Below are positions 25,998 to 31,453 of a stretch of DNA of 31,453 nucleotides, piece after piece. The stretch is from Desulfuromonadales bacterium. GTDB lineage: Bacteria > Desulfobacterota > Desulfuromonadia > Desulfuromonadales > SZUA-540. Position 1 is the stretch's first letter; the number at the start of each line of letters is the position of its first letter. Position numbers and translations under genes: made by a program. Location of the stretch: NCBI GenBank assembly GCA_033549025.1, contig JAWSUS010000028.1:1-31453 (forward strand). The letters run 5' to 3'. The notes beneath the pieces are model-generated. The model had not been told where the DNA came from, searched no databases, and saw only the letters and a program-made list of their open reading frames with translations.

Positions 25998-28900
25998 ATG
26001 GGTGTTACCAGAAGAAATTTTCTTAAAGGAAGCGGCTTGGCGGCAGCCGGGCTGGCCGTTTCGGGGAAGCCGGCTCGCGCTGGGGTGGACAGTCCCGAAC
26101 TGCGTACAAAGGGATTGCAGACCTCGACTACGGTCTGTCCGTACTGCGCCGTCGGCTGCGGTATGATCGTCCACACCAAGAACGGCAAGATCGTCAACAT
26201 CGAGGGGGATCCGGAGCATCCCATCAATCAAGGCTCGCTCTGTTCCAAAGGGAGCGCCCTGTTTCAGGTGGCCAACAACGAACGGCGGTTGACCAAGGTG
26301 CAGTACCGCGCTCCCGGCAGCGATCGCTGGGAGGAAAAATCCTGGGACTGGACCATGAATCGCATTGCCGAGTTGATGAAGGATTCCCGGGACCGTCACT
26401 TCGTCAAGACGGAGAAGCGGGCCGGCAAGGAATATGTCGTCAACCGCAATGAGGGCATGGCCTTTTTAGGCGCCGCGGCTCTCGACAACGAAGAGTGCTA
26501 CCTCTGGGGCAAGTTCGCCCGCGCCATGGGGGTCAGTTACCTGGAACATCAGGCCCGAATATGACACAGCGCTACGGTTGCCGGTCTGGCAGCCTCCTTT
26601 GGCCGCGGTGCCATGACCAATCACTGGAACGATATTCAGCACGCAGACGTCATCCTCTGCATCGGCTCCAACCCGGCTGAAAATCATCCTATCTCTTTCA
26701 AGTACGTCGAAAAGGCGATGGATAGCGGCGCCACCCTGATCAGCGTCGATCCCCGCTATACCCGGACCTCCTCCAAGGCCGATATTTATGCCCAGCTTCG
26801 TCCCGGCACCGATATTGCTTTTATGGGGGGGCTTATCAACTACGTGCTGGAGAACGACCTCATCCAGAAGGATTACGTCGTCCAGTACACCAACGCTTCC
26901 TTCCTGGTCGATGACGCCTTCGATTTCAACGAAGGGATTTTCAGCGGCTACAACGCCGAAAAGTTCAGTTACGACAAGGACAGCTGGAAATACAAGACCG
27001 ATAAAGACGGCAACGCCCTGCGCGACCATACCCTGCAGGACCCTCGTTGTGTCTATCAGTTGATGAAGAAACACTACAGCCGCTACACCCCGGCCATGGT
27101 CTGCGAGATTACCGGGACGGCCATTCAGGACTACATGGCGGTAGCCCGTACTTTCTGCGCCACCGGCCGACCCGACAAGGCGGCGACCATCATGTACGCC
27201 ATGGGAACGACCCAGCACACCTACGGCACCCAGAACGTGCGCTCCTACGCCATGCTGCAGCTGCTGCTGGGCAATATCGGCATCGCCGGCGGGGGAATCA
27301 ACGCTCTGCGCGGCGAATCCAATGTGCAGGGGTCGACGGACTACGCCATTCTCTACCATATCCTCCCCGGCTATCTGAAGGTGCCCGACTTCCATCATGT
27401 CGACTACGCCACTTATCTGGACCAGGTCACACCGAAAAGCAACGACCCCAACAGTGCCAACTGGTGGAGCAATACGCCCAAATACATGACCAGTCTGCTC
27501 AAGGCCTACTGGGGGGAGCACGCCACGGCGAAAAACGACTTCTGTTACGACTATCTGCCCAAGAAGAGCGACAACTACTCGTTCATCAAGCTCATGGACC
27601 GGCTGCAGGCCGGCGGGTTTAAAGGGCTCTTCTGCATGGGGACGAACCCTATCGTCGGCGGTCCTGACACCAACGGCATCGCCAGTGGTCTGGATCAGCT
27701 CAAGTGGCTGGTCGCGGCCGACCTCTGGGAGACGGAGACCTCCATCTTCTGGAAACGCCCCGGCGTCGATCCTAAGACCATCGACACCGAGGTCTTTCTG
27801 CTGCCGGCCGCGTCCAGCGTCGAGAAGCAGGGGAGCATCTCCAACTCGGGTCGTTGGGCCCAGTGGCGCTACAAGGCCGTCGATCCGCCCGGTGAGGCTG
27901 AAAGCGACGCCTTCATCGTCGACCAGATGTTCAAGCGCCTCAAGGCGCTTTACGAGAAAGGCGGGGTCTTTCCCGAACCCATCGTCAATCTGGCCTGGAA
28001 CTACGGCGACGGCCACGAGCCGGACATCGATATGGTGGCTAGGGAGTGCAACGGCCAGTTCACCCGCGACGTGGAGATCAAGGGCAAGCTCTACAAAAAA
28101 GGCCAGCAGGTGCCCAGCTTCGCTTTCCTGCAGGATGACGGCTCCACCCTCAGTGGCAACTGGCTCTATTGCGGGTCTTTCACTGAAGCCGGCAACATGA
28201 TGCAGCGCCGCGGGCTGGAGGATCCCACCGGCCTGGAGATGTATCACAGCTGGGCCTGGTGCTGGCCGGTCAACCGACGCATTCTCTACAATCGGGCCTC
28301 CGTTGACCTGGATGGCAGGCCTCTCAATCCGAAAAAAGCGGTTATCGCCTGGAACGCTCTCACCCGCAAGTGGGAAGGGGATGTCCCTGACGGTGGCTGG
28401 GCCCCCATGAACGAGGACGGTACCAAAAATCCGTTTATCATGATCCCGGAAGGCTACGGCCGTCTTTTCGCCGCCGGTCTGGCGGATGGCCCCCTGCCTG
28501 AGCACTATGAGCCCATGGAGAGCCCCGTTTCCAACATGATGAGCCCGCAGCAGTGCAATCCGGCCGTAGCGATTCCGGCCAAGCTCAGCAATGCCGACAA
28601 GTTCCCCTATGTCGGGACCACCTATCGGGTGTCGGAACACTGGCAGGCCGGGGCCATGACCCGCAACCTGCCCTGGTTGGTGGAACTGGTACCGGATATG
28701 TTCGTGGAAATCAGCGAGCAGCTGGCGGACTGGAAGGGGATCAGGAACGGCGATCTGGTGACTGTCTCCTCCGAGCGCGGCAGCATCCAAGCCAAGGCCC
28801 TGGTGACTTCGCGTATCAAGCCCTTGCGGGTCAGCGGCCGTCTCATCGAGCAGGTCGGTCTGCCCTGGCATTTCGGTTTTGGCGGCATGGCGCGGGGGGA

Positions 28901-29003
28901 CAGCGCCAATGTACTGACGACGGCGGTGGGTTGCGCCAACACCACCATCCCCGAGTACAAGGCCTTTTTGTGCAATATTGAGAAAGGGGGGAGGGCCGCA
29001 TGA
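25998..29003 (+). CDS. fdnG: Formate dehydrogenase alpha subunit (Mo/W-bisPGD, Tat-exported), selenocysteine at in-frame TGA 26562-26564
   Basis: Tat motif TRRNFLK and CPYCAVGCG...CSKG. The two ORF-track pieces (25998-26564, 26613-29003) are in frame and joined by HQARI-U-HSATVAGLAASFGRGAMTNHW, giving 1001 aa. Confidence 0.95.
26562..26594 (+). promoter_or_regulatory. Bacterial SECIS element
   Basis: UGA, an 11-nt spacer, then hairpin GGUUGCC-ggucu-GGCAGCC with a G/U-containing apical loop. Confidence 0.85.
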
Positions 29004-29842
29004 GTTCGCGCACCGATTTTTCCCAGGATAAAGCTTTTTTGATCGATATGACCAAGTGCACCGGTTGCCGCGGCTGCCAGGTGGCCTGCAAACAGTGGAA
29101 TCAGCTGGAGGCGGAAGAGACCTCCTTTTTCAGCGGGGAGGGCTATCAGAATCCGCCCGCCATGTCGGAAAAGACGCTGACCCGCATCAAGTTCCGCGAT
29201 TACCAGAAGAACGGGCAGAATGAGTTCGCCTTCTACAAAGAGATGTGCATGCACTGCAACGAACCAGCCTGTGCCTCCGTCTGTCCGGTCGGTGCCTTCG
29301 TGAAGACGACGGAAGGACCCGTCGTTTACAAGGCCGATCGTTGCATCGGCTGCCGCTTCTGCATGATCGCCTGTCCCTTCGGCATCCCCAAATACGAATG
29401 GAGCAAGGCCTTTCCGCTGGTGAAAAAATGCACCGGCTGCTACAGCCGCGTTAAGGAGGGCTTGAAGCCAGCCTGCGCCACCGCCTGCCCGACAGCTATT
29501 ACTTATGGCCCGCGCAAAGAGATGATCAAGGAGGCCGAACGGCGCCTCACCGAACATCCGCAGCGCTACATCCACAAGGTTTACGGCAAGGACGAGGCGG
29601 GGGGAACCAGCGTCATCTACCTGACGAGCCTGCCCTTTGACGAGCTCGGCTTCAAGCCCGTCACCATGCGTTCGCTGCCCGGCTATACCTGGCAGGCTCT
29701 GCGTCTGGTGCCTGCGGCATTTCTCACCGTGGGCGGCGGCTTGTCGGCTATTTCCTGGATCAACCACCGTAAAGAACGTCTGCGGAAGGAAAGAGAGGCC
29801 GCTGAGGCGGCTCCGACTTCTGCCGAGCGCAAGGAGGACTAA
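29000..29842 (+). CDS. fdnH: Formate dehydrogenase Fe-S beta subunit (FdnH/HybA-like, 4x[4Fe-4S], C-terminal TM)
   Basis: CTGCRGCQVAC, CMHCNEPACASVCP, CIGCRFCMIACP and CTGC...PACATACP motifs, plus a hydrophobic C-terminal helix. Confidence 0.92.
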   Translation: MSSRTDFSQDKAFLIDMTKCTGCRGCQVACKQWNQLEAEETSFFSGEGYQNPPAMSEKTLTRIKFRDYQKNGQNEFAFYKEMCMHCNEPACASVCPVGAFVKTTEGPVVYKADRCIGCRFCMIACPFGIPKYEWSKAFPLVKKCTGCYSRVKEGLKPACATACPTAITYGPRKEMIKEAERRLTEHPQRYIHKVYGKDEAGGTSVIYLTSLPFDELGFKPVTMRSLPGYTWQALRLVPAAFLTVGGGLSAISWINHRKERLRKEREAAEAAPTSAERKED

Positions 29843-29846
29843 AGCG

Positions 29847-31067
29847 ATGACTGCCGCCAGATATGTTGTCAATGAAATCAAGGGCTACCACCTGTTTGTC
29901 AAGTTCCTCATCGCCCTGGTGGTTATCGCCGCGCTCGCTTCGCTGGTCCGTTTTGTCTTCGGGCTGGGCGTCACCACCAACCTCGACGATACCTACCCCT
30001 GGGGACTGTGGATCAGCTTTGACGTCGTCACCGCCGTGCCCCTGGCCGCCGGCGCCTTCACTCTGGGCGCGATTGTCCACTGCTTCAATATCAAGAAGCT
30101 CGAGCCGCTAGTGCGTCCGGCCATCGTCACCGGCTTCCTCGGTTATTCGCTGGTCTGCGTCGGCCTGCTGCTCGATCTCGGTCAGCCCCACAAGGGCTGG
30201 CACGTGCTGCGCTACTGGAACCTGCACTCGCCCATGTTCGAAGTCTCCATGTGCGTTATGGCCTACACGACCGTGCTCTTTCTCGAATTTCTCTCCCCGG
30301 TCGCCGAGAAGTTCGGCTGGCATGTGCCCCTGCGGGTGCTGCGCTGGCTGGAGATGCCTCTGGTCATTCTGGCCGCGGCCATATCCACCCTGCACCAGAG
30401 CTCCCTCGGCACCTTCTTCCTCATCGCCGTCGACAAGCTGCACAATCTCTGGTACAACCCGCTGCTGCCACTGCTCTTCTGGGTCAGCGCCATCTGTACC
30501 GGCATGTGCATCATTATTCTCGAAGCCACGGCCAGCCACAAATGGATGGGGCAGCCCAACGAGGGGGTGCTGCTGCGCACCCTGGCGCAGATTCTCCCCT
30601 GGACTCTCGGGTTCTATATCGCCCTGCGTATCTACAGCCTGCTGGCACTGTCGGAAGGGCCTTTCTTCGATCGTCCCGGCCTTACCCTCTCCTTCGTTCT
30701 GGAGTTTGGTGTCGGCTTTATTCTGCCCTTCATCCTGCTGACGCTGAAGTCGGTCAGGGAAGATGACCGCAGTCGGGCCATCGCCGCCGGCCTGGTGATT
30801 TTCGGGCTGGTACTCAACCGCTTCAACGTGTCGATGATCGGCATGATGGATCCCAACAATATCTACCTGCCGTCCATCATCGAGACCCTGGTCACTTTAG
30901 GTATCATCGCGGCGCATATCCTGTTTTTCGTGCTCATCGCCAAATACTTCCCCATCTTTGAGCACCATCCGGAAACCGTCGACTACTCGCTGCCGGATAC
31001 CTTTCGCCGCATCGATGGCGCCAAAACGGAGGTGTCTGGCAAAACCGTTTCCTCTTCCGGGCATTAA
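29847..31067 (+). CDS. NrfD/HybB-family membrane anchor subunit of formate dehydrogenase
   Basis: GLGVTTNLDDTYPWGLWISFD, DLGQP, SPMFEV, STLHQSSLG and LNRFNV motifs, about 10 TM segments. SD AGGAGG precedes ATG 29847. Confidence 0.9.
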   Translation: MTAARYVVNEIKGYHLFVKFLIALVVIAALASLVRFVFGLGVTTNLDDTYPWGLWISFDVVTAVPLAAGAFTLGAIVHCFNIKKLEPLVRPAIVTGFLGYSLVCVGLLLDLGQPHKGWHVLRYWNLHSPMFEVSMCVMAYTTVLFLEFLSPVAEKFGWHVPLRVLRWLEMPLVILAAAISTLHQSSLGTFFLIAVDKLHNLWYNPLLPLLFWVSAICTGMCIIILEATASHKWMGQPNEGVLLRTLAQILPWTLGFYIALRIYSLLALSEGPFFDRPGLTLSFVLEFGVGFILPFILLTLKSVREDDRSRAIAAGLVIFGLVLNRFNVSMIGMMDPNNIYLPSIIETLVTLGIIAAHILFFVLIAKYFPIFEHHPETVDYSLPDTFRRIDGAKTEVSGKTVSSSGH

Positions 31068-31094
31068 TTAAGGCTTTTAGAGAACAATTTAACA

Positions 31095-31163
31095 ACAGGG
31101 TCTGCGGCTCCGGCTGTAGGCCCTGTCTTTTTGAGGGGTTGACCGCTGGTCACCTCTTTTTTT
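31095..31163 (+). terminator. Tandem intrinsic terminators after the FDH operon
   Basis: ACAGGGTCTGCGGC-tccg-GCTGTAGGCCCTGT-CTTTTT, followed by a bulged GAGG..TGACC-gct-GGTCA-CCTC hairpin and a T-run. Confidence 0.75.
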
Positions 31164-31386
31164 GTCGTTGCTTTATTTTGTAGAATGGTGTTATTTTTCT
31201 TGAGCCTTTTTCTTGTTCCAGTTTTGTGTTAGCCATATATATTCTGTTTAACTTGCTGAAGAAACTGTTTTTATAGTGGTTTTTTCCGTTGCTTTTTCTG
31301 TCGAACAGGATTTCTTAAAGGAAGCGAAAAACCCGCATGGGAATTATTGTGATATCTTGGTTGTTGTTGCAGTGAACTGTAAGAAA

Positions 31387-31415
31387 TTGACGCGTTGTTT
31401 ACAGAATCCGATAAT
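31387..31415 (+). promoter_or_regulatory. Candidate sigma70 promoter for a gene starting at the window edge
   Basis: TTGACG-N17-GATAAT, then SD GGAGGA (31423-31428) and ATGs at 31439 and 31446. Confidence 0.5.
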
Positions 31416-31453
31416 ATCGAGGGGAGGATTTTGTAAACATGGTCATGCACAAA

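Noticed and set aside
25998..26564. Separate 188-aa gene or fdnG pseudogene
   Set aside because: The stop is a Sec codon at the catalytic position with a SECIS, and the reading frame continues.
26466..28871. 801-aa minus-strand ORF
   Set aside because: It is the antisense shadow of fdnG.
1..31453. CRISPR arrays, tRNA/rRNA genes, intact IS, prophage or defence genes
   Set aside because: No regularly spaced repeats, cloverleaf or rRNA signatures, or integrase/nuclease ORFs were seen by eye. A covariance-model scan was not run.

Overview
GC-rich bacterial chromosome segment, most likely from a metal/sulfur-reducing deltaproteobacterium (Desulfuromonas/Geobacter-like, inferred from the frdCAB type, the Sec-containing FdnG-FdnH-NrfD formate dehydrogenase and the sigma54 architecture). 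From left to right it holds: an AT-rich edge with a small IS256-transposase scar; a minus-strand cluster (M23 peptidase, stand-alone MshEN protein, small lipoprotein, TPR protein, AcpH-like protein); a plus-strand operon (M20 peptidase, PLP aminotransferase, hrpB); an M16C presequence-type protease; a cold-shock protein; a FadL-family outer-membrane transporter; a rubrerythrin/ferritin-like protein; frdCAB; an SprA-related protein; an Fe-containing alcohol dehydrogenase; and a sigma54 response regulator plus Cache-HAMP kinase divergent from a formate dehydrogenase operon. The FDH catalytic subunit is split by the ORF caller at a UGA-Sec codon followed by a SECIS hairpin. Most genes are ordinary core metabolism and I cannot support a wholly new multi-gene system. 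The most interesting signals are regulatory: a palindromic, potentially two-way sigma54 promoter, a terminator inside the csp leader, a 7-bp-periodic GTATAC operator and structured leader at frdCAB, and a compositionally mosaic fadL.
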